Shown one piece after another: positions 30,842 to 40,087 of a stretch of 64,000 bases of DNA. The stretch spans positions 32,001 to 96,000 of the forward strand of contig CAJWHW010000001.1 in the NCBI GenBank assembly GCA_913040915.1. The letters are read 5' to 3'. The notes below the pieces were generated by a model. The model did no database searches. It saw only the letters and a program-made list of their open reading frames with translations, and had not been told where the DNA came from. Numbering within the stretch: position 1 is the stretch's first letter; every line of letters begins with the position of its first letter. The stretch comes from an uncultured Fidelibacterota bacterium. GTDB lineage: Bacteria > Fidelibacterota > Marinisomatia > Marinisomatales > UBA1611. The translations under genes were made by a program, and so were the position numbers.

Positions 30842-31756
30842 ATGAGATATTTTTATATCATTTTAATTTTTTATGTATATGCCTTATTATCAATCTGTTT
30901 TGGAAAAACGGGCTACCCTTCATTCGATGTTTTCCATTCACCATCCCAATTAAGTCTTGGAGGAGCAGGGTTTCTGAACCCTTCTCCAATATCATCAAAA
31001 ATGAATCCATCTGTTGCGGACACGGGAAAAAAATTTTCTACTTCAATCATTCGATATCATGCAAATATCATAAGTCAAAGTGTAGGATTGAGTGTCCCTT
31101 GGAGAAACGGGGTGGGGACTTTTTTTATAAGCCACATTTCATATGGAACATTCAATGGCTATGATACAGATGGGGACCCAACAGGGAAGTATCAATCAGG
31201 AGATACGTGGCTTAATGGTGTCTATTCAAAACAATTAAAATTTTTTCCTGTAAGGACCGGATTCTCCATACAATATTTCAATTCCGTTCTCAAGGATCAT
31301 AATATTATAGCTCTTTTATTTTCTTTGGGAAGTGAAGTGTTTATTCATAGTGTTAATGGAAGCTTAGGAGTCTCTTTCCATAATATTGGTTTTACTTTTA
31401 AAACAAATAATTTTGCTAAAGGCAGTTTTGCACCCAAAACAGTATTGAGTGGTTCAAAGGAATTAGCCCACCTTCCTCTCACCTTGTTTTTTGATTCAGT
31501 ATATTTAAATCAGGGAGGGGAGAGTGATGTATTTTTAGGGGGTATATTTAAATTAAAAAATAATTTGCGGTTTCAATGGGGTTCATCTACGCGTAAAATT
31601 AATCATAATATAAATCAGGATATTTTCCAAACTATTTTGGGCGCTACAGGACTTGGTATAGGTTATTGCACTGATCAAACTAAATTTCATTATGGCACAT
31701 TTGTTTTTGGTACCGGAGCCAGTAGTCATGGTCTAGAAATTACGGTTCAGCTATGA
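30842..31756 (+). CDS. PorV/PorQ-family outer-membrane beta-barrel protein
   Basis: Signal peptide; F....SP..LSLGGA...NP plug-like motif; YG.F.GYD..G..TG.Y..GD; alternating strands ending SHGLEITVQL. Confidence 0.6.
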   Translation: MRYFYIILIFYVYALLSICFGKTGYPSFDVFHSPSQLSLGGAGFLNPSPISSKMNPSVADTGKKFSTSIIRYHANIISQSVGLSVPWRNGVGTFFISHISYGTFNGYDTDGDPTGKYQSGDTWLNGVYSKQLKFFPVRTGFSIQYFNSVLKDHNIIALLFSLGSEVFIHSVNGSLGVSFHNIGFTFKTNNFAKGSFAPKTVLSGSKELAHLPLTLFFDSVYLNQGGESDVFLGGIFKLKNNLRFQWGSSTRKINHNINQDIFQTILGATGLGIGYCTDQTKFHYGTFVFGTGASSHGLEITVQL

Positions 31757-32961
31757 TTAAATCCTTCATTATTAGAGTTTTGGTGACATTTACTTGCCTT
31801 GTTGGGCAAAATAATTATCCCATCGTATTGATCCATGGATTTATGGGTTGGGGCTCTGAAGAGATGGGTGGTTACAATTATTGGGGAGGGATTAAAGATT
31901 ATGCTCAAATGCTCCGCGATGAAGGTAGTACAGTATTTACAGTTTCTGTTGGCCCAGTTTCATCAAATTGGGAAAGAGCAATTGAGGTTTATACACAATT
32001 AAAGGGCGGTCAGGTAGATTATGGTAAATCACATGCGAAAAAATTTAATATAATTCAAAAACCAAAGGGGAAGGTTTATGATGCTCTTTATCCTCAGTGG
32101 GATGGTAATAATCCAATCCATCTGATAGGACATAGTCAGGGAGGGCAAACAGCAAGAATGCTCTTATATCTTTTGACTAATAAAGTTTATGAAGATGAAG
32201 AAAAAGGTATTGTTGAGAAATCCAAATTATTGGGTGGCATTAATGAGAATTGGATTCGAAGTATAACGGCTGTTGTATCCCCTCATGATGGAACAACATT
32301 AGCGGATGTGATTACCAAAACGATACCATTTATACAATATTTTATAGGATTAGCTGGTGTTATTGGCACAAGGTTTTATGATTTTGACTTAGAGCAATGG
32401 GGGTTTTATAGAGGAGAAGATGAAACCTGGGCAGCCTATTTAAAGAGGATGAGAACCCATGATGCTTGGACAACAAAAAATATTTGTTCTTGGGATTTAT
32501 CTCTAGAAGGCGCAAAAGAATTAAATGGGTTTTTGCAGGCAGATCCAACTGTTTATTATTTTTCCATTTGTGCTGCAACCACTAAGAAAAGCTTAGACTC
32601 TCCAAGTCATATCCCATTGGAGGGTACATCCATTTTGACCCGGAGTCGTGCTAAAATATTAGGGTCAAGGGTTGGATATTGGGGTGATGGTACTTCCACT
32701 GATTCAACATGGTTTGAAAATGATGGGATTGTGAATACGAGGTCCATGTATGGCCCTACAACAGGGAATAATGGACCAGATCCAATTATAACACTTGATG
32801 AAGGTGATTTATTAATTCCAGGTCAGTGGTATGTCTTGGGGCCCTTTCCTCTCGATCATTGGAATATAATTGGCCATTTAGGTAATAGAAGGACCAATCA
32901 ATTATCAGAGCGCATTTTTGTTACTCATATCAAAAGATTAACGAATTTATCTTCTTTTTAA
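31753..32961 (+). CDS. Secreted triacylglycerol lipase (Geobacillus/Staphylococcus I.5/I.6-like)
   Basis: YPIVLIHGFMGWG, YWGG, VGPVSSNWERA, GG.VDYG..HA, GHSQGG nucleophile elbow, PHDGTTLA, WFENDGIVN, DH. Confidence 0.9.
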   Translation: MIKSFIIRVLVTFTCLVGQNNYPIVLIHGFMGWGSEEMGGYNYWGGIKDYAQMLRDEGSTVFTVSVGPVSSNWERAIEVYTQLKGGQVDYGKSHAKKFNIIQKPKGKVYDALYPQWDGNNPIHLIGHSQGGQTARMLLYLLTNKVYEDEEKGIVEKSKLLGGINENWIRSITAVVSPHDGTTLADVITKTIPFIQYFIGLAGVIGTRFYDFDLEQWGFYRGEDETWAAYLKRMRTHDAWTTKNICSWDLSLEGAKELNGFLQADPTVYYFSICAATTKKSLDSPSHIPLEGTSILTRSRAKILGSRVGYWGDGTSTDSTWFENDGIVNTRSMYGPTTGNNGPDPIITLDEGDLLIPGQWYVLGPFPLDHWNIIGHLGNRRTNQLSERIFVTHIKRLTNLSSF

Positions 32962-33014
32962 TTTATTTTTTTCATTCACTTTTCTTAAAAATTTATTATT
33001 TGTAAAATACAAAC

Positions 33015-33449
33015 ATGAATTATGGCGAGCTCTTATCACATTTTCTGGTAGATCTCCAAAGTATCTATCGAAAAAATATTTCAATTCAAGGTGCATCTTT
33101 TCCCCAAGTATTAACAATATCTATTATTCCTGATGATGGGATTGAGATGTCCATGCTATCAAATAAAATTGGAATAGATAATAGTACCGCCACACGAATG
33201 ATTGCCGGCTTAGAAAAAAAGGGCTGGGTTTATCGACAACCGTTTGATCATGATAAAAGAATAATTAAAGTTTATCTCACAGAACTTGGAATAAATATTC
33301 AGGAGAAATTAGAAGACCAAATTGAAAGAATTGGTTCGGTAATTGAACAGGAAGTGGATCCACTGGATCGAAATGAAATGATTGAACTTGTATCATCTCT
33401 TCATTGGATTTTATCTAAACTTATTCTTAAAGGTAATATAATTGTATAA
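33015..33449 (+). CDS. MarR family transcriptional regulator
   Basis: LS..IGID.STATRMI..LE.KG.V.R....D.R...V.LT..G winged helix. Confidence 0.9.
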   Translation: MNYGELLSHFLVDLQSIYRKNISIQGASFPQVLTISIIPDDGIEMSMLSNKIGIDNSTATRMIAGLEKKGWVYRQPFDHDKRIIKVYLTELGINIQEKLEDQIERIGSVIEQEVDPLDRNEMIELVSSLHWILSKLILKGNIIV

Positions 33450-33454
33450 TACAA

Positions 33455-34513
33455 ATGAATAAGTTTGTGTCATCAATATTGAGCTGGTATAAAAAAGAAA
33501 AGCGTGATCTACCTTTTCGTGGTATTAATGATCCTTATAAAATTTGGTTGTCTGAAGTAATGCTTCAGCAAACAAAGGTTAAGACTGCTATACCATATTA
33601 TCAAACGTGGATACAGCAATACCCTACATTAAAGTCTGTTGCCCTAGCAGATAGGGAAAGGTTGTTGAAAATTTGGGAAGGATTAGGCTATTATTCCCGA
33701 TGCAGGAACTTTCATGAAGCTACAAAAATTATTTTGGAGAGACACAATGGCTTGGTCCCTAATAATTGGGAAGAATTTCGATCGTTGCCTGGTGTTGGTG
33801 ATTACACTGCATCTGCTGTACTTTCTATCGCATTTAATAAATCTTTTCCCGTTATGGATGGAAATGTTAAACGCGTTATGTCGAGAGTGTTAGGAATACG
33901 CCATTTCACAAAAAGAAATTTAACAATAATTAAAAATTCATTGGATAAAATGATACCTAGTTCATACCCAGGTGATTTTAACCAGGCCATGATGGAGCTT
34001 GGTGCTATAGTTTGCATACCAAAGAATCCAAAATGTGCCTTATGCCCAATATCTCATTATTGTAAAGGATTTTTATTAGGTTCACCCGAATCATATCCAT
34101 TTTTGAAAAAAAAGAAAATGATACCTCATTATACTATCGTTGTAGGACTTATCTGGAGAAAAAATAAATTTTATATTCAAAAACGCGGTAATAAGGGTAT
34201 GCTCGCGGGGTTGTGGGAATTTCCCGGAGGAAAAGTAAGAAATGGAGAATCAAATCATGAAGCACTGCTTCGTGAAATCAAAGAAGAATGTGGAATAAAG
34301 CCAAAGATAATAAAAAAAATTGGAACAATAAAACATGCTTATACACATTTTTCAATCACATTCCATGGCTACCATTGCATTGAAAATGGCAAATTAATAA
34401 ATGAGCAAAAATATTGCGAATGGATAGCGCCTGAAGATATAAATAACTTCACTTTTCCAAAAGCAAACCATAAAATATTTACAATATTAAATGATCAGAA
34501 ATGGCATGTTTAG
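33455..34513 (+). CDS. mutY: A/G-specific adenine glycosylase with C-terminal Nudix (MutT) domain
   Basis: PY.IWLSEVMLQQT, WEGLGYYSR, LPGVGDYTA, DGNV.RV.SR, C-x6-C-x2-C-x5-C Fe-S motif, complete Nudix box. Confidence 0.96.
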   Translation: MNKFVSSILSWYKKEKRDLPFRGINDPYKIWLSEVMLQQTKVKTAIPYYQTWIQQYPTLKSVALADRERLLKIWEGLGYYSRCRNFHEATKIILERHNGLVPNNWEEFRSLPGVGDYTASAVLSIAFNKSFPVMDGNVKRVMSRVLGIRHFTKRNLTIIKNSLDKMIPSSYPGDFNQAMMELGAIVCIPKNPKCALCPISHYCKGFLLGSPESYPFLKKKKMIPHYTIVVGLIWRKNKFYIQKRGNKGMLAGLWEFPGGKVRNGESNHEALLREIKEECGIKPKIIKKIGTIKHAYTHFSITFHGYHCIENGKLINEQKYCEWIAPEDINNFTFPKANHKIFTILNDQKWHV

Positions 34514-35213
34514 AACAATAAGTTCAATCATTCTTTGGCCGATATGGTTTACATTTTTTTTCATGACAATGATTGTCCTCTTTTTCCTTTTTATGATTGT
34601 GCCAAAACCATATTTAAATTTTTTTGTTCGCCCAATATCTTGGTTATATTGTTTATTCGCAGGGCAATATCTAATTAAAGAAAATGAGCCCCCTAATCCC
34701 AATGCACAACCCTATTTATACATGTTTAATCATGAATCCATGTTTGATCAATTCATGATTGCCGCATTTGTCCCACATTATATCACGGCTGTTGGTGCTA
34801 TAGAACAATTTCGCTATCCGATTTGGGGCTACATGATGAAGACATATGGTGTTATACCTATTGTGAGACAAGAATTAAAAAAGGCGATCAATAGCCTTAT
34901 TAAGGCAGAAGAAGCCCTTAATAAAGGAATTTCCTTTCTGATATCCCCTGAAGGGACAAGGTCTTTAACGGGTGAACTTGGCCCATTTAAAAAAGGCCCC
35001 TTTCATTTGGCAAAAAATACAGGAGCAACAATTGTGCCTGTAGCACTTATAGGTGCTTTTAATGCTAAAATGAAAAATGATTGGCGTTTATTGCCAGGGA
35101 AGCTAATTACCAGATTTGGAGAACCAATTAAGAAGGAAGAATTTGAACATTTGACTGTAGAAAAAACAAGAGATTTGGTTCGTGAAAAAATTAAACAATT
35201 AAAAGAGTCATGA
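34506..35213 (+). CDS. plsC: 1-acyl-sn-glycerol-3-phosphate acyltransferase (PlsC family)
   Basis: NHESMFD (HxxxxD), PEGTRS, FKKGPF.LA, IVPV. Start set to ATG 34506. Confidence 0.85.
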   Translation: MFRTISSIILWPIWFTFFFMTMIVLFFLFMIVPKPYLNFFVRPISWLYCLFAGQYLIKENEPPNPNAQPYLYMFNHESMFDQFMIAAFVPHYITAVGAIEQFRYPIWGYMMKTYGVIPIVRQELKKAINSLIKAEEALNKGISFLISPEGTRSLTGELGPFKKGPFHLAKNTGATIVPVALIGAFNAKMKNDWRLLPGKLITRFGEPIKKEEFEHLTVEKTRDLVREKIKQLKES

Positions 35214-35220
35214 GGGAGAA

Positions 35221-35721
35221 ATGTTAAAAAAATTAGGAATAATATTCATATTTGGATTACCAATTCTGATTCAGGCGCAATCTGTTGCAGAGCGTTATGG
35301 AGACCGAATCGAATTACTAGGTATTCCATTTAAAGGGCCATTGGAACTTTGTCAGATTCTGATTGCTATTATTTTAGCTGTTACATTTCTTCAATCAGGA
35401 ATAGATAAAATTATAGATCGGAAGGGAAACCTTAATTTTTTCAAAGAACATTTTTCCAATTCCCCGCTTTTTGGTTTTACAAGTCTGTTGCTAACTGTAA
35501 TCACATTTTTAGAAATATTGGGTGCACTTATGTTAGTATATGGGATTTATTATGCTTTTGCTGAACGAACGACACTATGGATATTTTATGGTTTTGTTAT
35601 CATTGCATTAACAATTATTGCATTGTTCACTGGACAACGTTTGGCAAAGGATTACGTAGGCGCTGCAGATTTGGTGTCATATTTTATGCTTGTGATGTTG
35701 GGTATCATGAGTATGTACTAA
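35221..35721 (+). CDS. DoxX-family membrane protein
   Basis: FLQSGIDK..D..GN..FF.EHF, LE..G, L.GQRLAKDY.GAA. Confidence 0.75.
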   Translation: MLKKLGIIFIFGLPILIQAQSVAERYGDRIELLGIPFKGPLELCQILIAIILAVTFLQSGIDKIIDRKGNLNFFKEHFSNSPLFGFTSLLLTVITFLEILGALMLVYGIYYAFAERTTLWIFYGFVIIALTIIALFTGQRLAKDYVGAADLVSYFMLVMLGIMSMY

Positions 35722-35794
35722 ATGCTCTATAAGTAATCATGCGTAAAAATCTATATTGAATTGTTATTTCTAATATTCAATATCTTAAAAATAA

Positions 35795-36634
35795 ATGAAT
35801 AAAATTTGCATTATCACTGGCTCAACAGATGGGATTGGTAAACAAACAGCTATAGAATTAGCAAAACTTGGATATGTCCTAGGGCTAGTTGGAAGGGATA
35901 AGAATAAGGGTGAAAAAGTTATTTTGGAAATTCAAAAAGAAACTAAAATCAAATCCCTTAAATTTTTTCAATCAGATCTATCCCTAATTCATCAGATCAA
36001 ATCTGTTTCCCAACAGATCCAAGATACATATGACTCTATTGATATATTAATAAATAACGCAGGAGCTTATTTCAGTGAAATGAATCAAACTGATGAAGGA
36101 TTCGAAACTACATTTGCTCTAAATCATCTGAATTATTTTGTTTTTACCCATGAATTGATGGATATGATCAAAGACGATAAGCCAGGCCGTGTGGTGAATA
36201 TTGCATCAATGGCTCATAGAAATGCCAAATTAGATTTTCAAGATCTCCAAATGCGAAAGAAATACAGTGGATGGACTGCATACTGCAGATCAAAATTGAT
36301 GAATATAATGTTCACCTATGAATGTCATCGTAGGTATTTTGAATCTGGAGTGACCTTTAATAGCTTACACCCTGGTTTTGTAAATACAAGTTTTGGAGAT
36401 AACAATTCGGGTTTTGCAAAACAATCTATGCATGTGGCCAAAGCATTGTTTGCTATTAATGTAGAGAGGGGAGCAAAAACCGGTGTGTATGTTGCACATT
36501 CTCCTGAATTGAAAAATGTAAGCGGTAAATTTTTTAATAAATGTAAGCCCGCTAAATCTTCATCTACTTCTATGATCAAAAAAGACCAAAAAATACTATG
36601 GGCAGAAACGGAAGCCCTTTTAACAAAGATATAA
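35795..36634 (+). CDS. Short-chain dehydrogenase/reductase (retinol-dehydrogenase-like)
   Basis: TGSTDGIG, LINNAG, FALNHL, YCRSK, LHPG.V.T. Confidence 0.92.
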   Translation: MNKICIITGSTDGIGKQTAIELAKLGYVLGLVGRDKNKGEKVILEIQKETKIKSLKFFQSDLSLIHQIKSVSQQIQDTYDSIDILINNAGAYFSEMNQTDEGFETTFALNHLNYFVFTHELMDMIKDDKPGRVVNIASMAHRNAKLDFQDLQMRKKYSGWTAYCRSKLMNIMFTYECHRRYFESGVTFNSLHPGFVNTSFGDNNSGFAKQSMHVAKALFAINVERGAKTGVYVAHSPELKNVSGKFFNKCKPAKSSSTSMIKKDQKILWAETEALLTKI

Positions 36635-36646
36635 AAAGGAATAAAA

Positions 36647-37993
36647 ATGTCAAACGCAATCGATTTAATAACAATTCAATCTTTCAAAGATGATTTAACA
36701 AAAGATGATAAAATAAAGCTGGCTAGGAATGCCTCTATCCGAAACGAGGTTATAGAATTAACAATGGATTGGGATCATTTGCGAAAAATCGATCACACTT
36801 TTTCTCATGTGATTTCAGGTGAAATGCCAGCGACAAACCAGAAATCTAGTGGGCGATGTTGGGGGTTTGCCGGATTAAACCTTTTTAGAGTCCATTTAGG
36901 AAGGAAACATAATTTAAAAAATTTCCAATTTTCACAAAGTTATTTTATGTTCTGGGATAAGCTGGAAAAATCCAATTATTTTTTAGAATCCATTTTAAAA
37001 ACCACTAATGAACCATGGAATTCTAGATTAATGATGCATCTATTGAAAAATCCTATCCAAGATGGTGGTCAATGGGATATGTGGGTAAATCTAATTAACA
37101 AGTACGGTGTTGTTCCACAATCTGAAATGCCAGAATCCCATTCATCTTCCAAATCGATGCGAATGAATAGAATGATTACTCGAAAACTTCGTGAATTCGC
37201 ACAAGTGTTAAGAAAAATAAAATCAGATGGTGCAACAGATAACGAATTACAATCCATTAAAACTGAACAACTAGGCGAAGTATACAAAATGCTTACCATT
37301 CATCTAGGACAACCGCCACAATCTTTTGACTGGCAGATAAGAAATAAAAAAAAGGAATTTTCCCGTTATGAAAACCTGACACCCCAATCTTTCTACCGTG
37401 AGCATGTTGGTTTAGATCTAGACGAGTATGTTTGTCTTATTCATTGTCCCATGTCTGATAAGGAGTTTAACCGGGCATATACTGTTGAGTTTTTAGGGAA
37501 TGTGATTGAAGGTCATCCTATTCGGTATTTAAATGTAGAAAATTTTGAAATGAAAAAGGCTGCCATCCTGTCTTTGAAAAATGATGAACCTGTTTGGTTT
37601 GGTTGTGATGTGGGCAAACATTTTCACCGCAGTCTGGGTGTAATGGATATAGATCTTTTTGATTTTGATTCATTTTATGACACAAAGTTTGGTATGGATA
37701 AAGCAACACGATTGGAATATGGCGACAGCCAAATGACTCATGCTATGCTTTTCACCGGTGTTGATCTTGATTCCAAAGGTAACCCAATAAAATGGCGTGT
37801 AGAAAACAGTTGGGGAGACAAAGGAGGAGAAAAAGGTTATCACATCATGACCGATAAATGGTTTGATGAATATAATTATGAAGTGGTAGTTCACAAATCA
37901 TGTTTGTCAGATGAATTGCTAAAATTATATGATACTGGTGAGTTGGTACCTCTTAAGCCCTGGGACCCAATGGGGGCCTTGGCAACAAAATGA
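36647..37993 (+). CDS. pepC: Aminopeptidase C / bleomycin hydrolase (peptidase C1B)
   Basis: NQKSSGRCW, FWDKLEK.NYFL, DGGQW, MTHAM.FTGVD, WRVENSWG, WDPMGALA. Confidence 0.95.
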   Translation: MSNAIDLITIQSFKDDLTKDDKIKLARNASIRNEVIELTMDWDHLRKIDHTFSHVISGEMPATNQKSSGRCWGFAGLNLFRVHLGRKHNLKNFQFSQSYFMFWDKLEKSNYFLESILKTTNEPWNSRLMMHLLKNPIQDGGQWDMWVNLINKYGVVPQSEMPESHSSSKSMRMNRMITRKLREFAQVLRKIKSDGATDNELQSIKTEQLGEVYKMLTIHLGQPPQSFDWQIRNKKKEFSRYENLTPQSFYREHVGLDLDEYVCLIHCPMSDKEFNRAYTVEFLGNVIEGHPIRYLNVENFEMKKAAILSLKNDEPVWFGCDVGKHFHRSLGVMDIDLFDFDSFYDTKFGMDKATRLEYGDSQMTHAMLFTGVDLDSKGNPIKWRVENSWGDKGGEKGYHIMTDKWFDEYNYEVVVHKSCLSDELLKLYDTGELVPLKPWDPMGALATK

Positions 37994-38676
37994 CATCCAA
38001 AAAACTGTTTTTGTTTGATATTGATGGGACCCTAATATCGCCAGGAAGTGTCTCACGAGGCTTATTATCTCAAGCTATAGCTAAAGAAACCGGGGAACCG
38101 GTAGAACTGGGATATAATGATGTAGCTGGGTTTACAGATAGAAATATTACCCGAAATGTATTGGCAAAACTGAATTATATAGGTAAAGTATCGGAAGATT
38201 TCTTGAATGATATTTTGGATCGGTATATTGTTTCAATGGAAGAAGAATTTTTTAATTCAGATCTTCCTTTTGTTTATAAAGACTGTATCCAGCTTTTAGA
38301 CGCGGTAGAAGCAGCTGGCCATGCTACATGTTTGATGACAGGCAACATGAAAGTGATTTCAAAAATTAAATTAGCAAAATTTGATTTGTGGGATCGATTT
38401 AAATTCGGCGTTTTCGCTGATGACGCTGAGGAGAAAAGTTCCATGCCCCGCTTGGCCAGAGAAAAGGCCTGGGATGTCTTGGAAGAATCTTTTCGGCTGG
38501 AAAATATGATTCTAGTTGGTGATACACTTCAGGATGCTGAAGCGGCAATAGAAAATGGATGTAAGTCAATCATTGTTTGCAGACATAAGGAGAATTGGGA
38601 TAAAATAAAATCTTCAAAGCCCACTTTTCTAGTAGAAGATCTATCTAAACAATTTTTATTATCGAAAGTTATTTAA
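37990..38676 (+). CDS. HAD-family hydrolase (phosphatase)
   Basis: LFDIDGTL, TGN, K, VGDT.QD..AA motifs. Confidence 0.9.
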   Translation: MTSKKLFLFDIDGTLISPGSVSRGLLSQAIAKETGEPVELGYNDVAGFTDRNITRNVLAKLNYIGKVSEDFLNDILDRYIVSMEEEFFNSDLPFVYKDCIQLLDAVEAAGHATCLMTGNMKVISKIKLAKFDLWDRFKFGVFADDAEEKSSMPRLAREKAWDVLEESFRLENMILVGDTLQDAEAAIENGCKSIIVCRHKENWDKIKSSKPTFLVEDLSKQFLLSKVI

Positions 38677-40078
38677 TGAATTGATTAATAGCTTTTTCCC
38701 ATTGTCCCTTTTTTACTAAATGTTGTTCCTTCTGATTTGGGTTAAATATTTTGTTTGTAATCTCCAAAGAATTGTGTTCATATTCAGGATTCAACAATCT
38801 ATAAACACCGAATGCGGTGCTATCTGTCACAGCCGAACGTCCAACGGGTATACCTGAAATATCAGCAATAAATTGGAGTAGTGGTTCTCTTGCGCCTCCA
38901 CCGGCAGCAGTAAGCAGTTCTGACTTATTGTTTATATGCGGGGTTAAACAATCCAAAATATCATTAACTAGAAAACCAATAGATTCCATACCGGCACGAA
39001 TAATTTCATTCTTATTATAATTCTTATTCATATCAATATAAATATCATCAAAACCCTTTGTCCAATAAGGAGCTGACAATCCACTGAAACCTGGAATAAA
39101 AATCCCGTTAGTTGTTATTTGGGATGCACGCTGATCCCATTTCATTTTTTCATGAGGAATATTTAATTCATTTTCTAGATGATAGAATAAGGAATTGCAC
39201 GCATTGATAGTACCCTCAGTCATAAAATATTTTTTATTTTCATCTGAAAACAACACACTAGAAATAAGCCTTGGAACAACATTGGGGATATTGCCTACAT
39301 TAAATTGAACACTAGCAGATGTTCCAAAATTTGTTGCTATAGAATCCTGTTTCAACCCTGCCTGACCAATAAGAGAACCTTGCTGATCACCAATAACCAC
39401 GAAAAGTGGAATGTGTGTTTCTAAAACTTTTCCATGATTATTCTTTACCGGTAATATAGGTGGAAGACAATTCTCATTGATTCTAAAAAGGTCTAATGCA
39501 AATGAGGACCAATTTGATTTATGAATATTATATAGGAGAGTTCGGCAGGCGATAGATTCATCTATTCCTGCTGTACCAGTTAAGCTCTGCAATAAATAAG
39601 CACTCAGGGAGCCGAAATATAATTGATTATTTTTGACTCTTTGGTGTAACAAGTTGTCTTGACGAATAAGATGAAGAAATTTGGGCCCACCAAAATGGGC
39701 GCTCAATGGTGTCCCGGTAATCTTCCAGAGTGCTTCACTATACTCTAGTAACTCATCGGTAATACTAAATGCCCGACTATCCTGCCAACTCAAGGCGGGT
39801 GTTACCGGATGACATGATTTTTTTTCCCATAGTAAAAATGTGGAACGTTGGACACTAAGCCCGGCTCTTCTAACAGGAGTTTTACCTGATTTTTGCACCA
39901 TTTCCTGGAATAAAGATTTGCAGGCATCTAAAATGATAACAGCATCAAATTCCACATGAAATTTTTTTGGATGAGACAAGTTATGTTTGATTTTATTACT
40001 GTAAATAATTTTCCCGACATCATTAAATAAGAAGGCTTTTGTAGATGATGTCCCTTGATCCATGACAATGTAATTCAT
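38669..40078 (-). CDS. FGGY-family carbohydrate kinase (glycerol kinase-like)
   Basis: DQGTSSTK, QRST, WQD.R, GDQQ, P.FSGL.APYW, RA.MESI. Confidence 0.85.
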   Translation of the reverse strand: MNYIVMDQGTSSTKAFLFNDVGKIIYSNKIKHNLSHPKKFHVEFDAVIILDACKSLFQEMVQKSGKTPVRRAGLSVQRSTFLLWEKKSCHPVTPALSWQDSRAFSITDELLEYSEALWKITGTPLSAHFGGPKFLHLIRQDNLLHQRVKNNQLYFGSLSAYLLQSLTGTAGIDESIACRTLLYNIHKSNWSSFALDLFRINENCLPPILPVKNNHGKVLETHIPLFVVIGDQQGSLIGQAGLKQDSIATNFGTSASVQFNVGNIPNVVPRLISSVLFSDENKKYFMTEGTINACNSLFYHLENELNIPHEKMKWDQRASQITTNGIFIPGFSGLSAPYWTKGFDDIYIDMNKNYNKNEIIRAGMESIGFLVNDILDCLTPHINNKSELLTAAGGGAREPLLQFIADISGIPVGRSAVTDSTAFGVYRLLNPEYEHNSLEITNKIFNPNQKEQHLVKKGQWEKAINQFIK

Positions 40079-40087
40079 GAATCAAAA

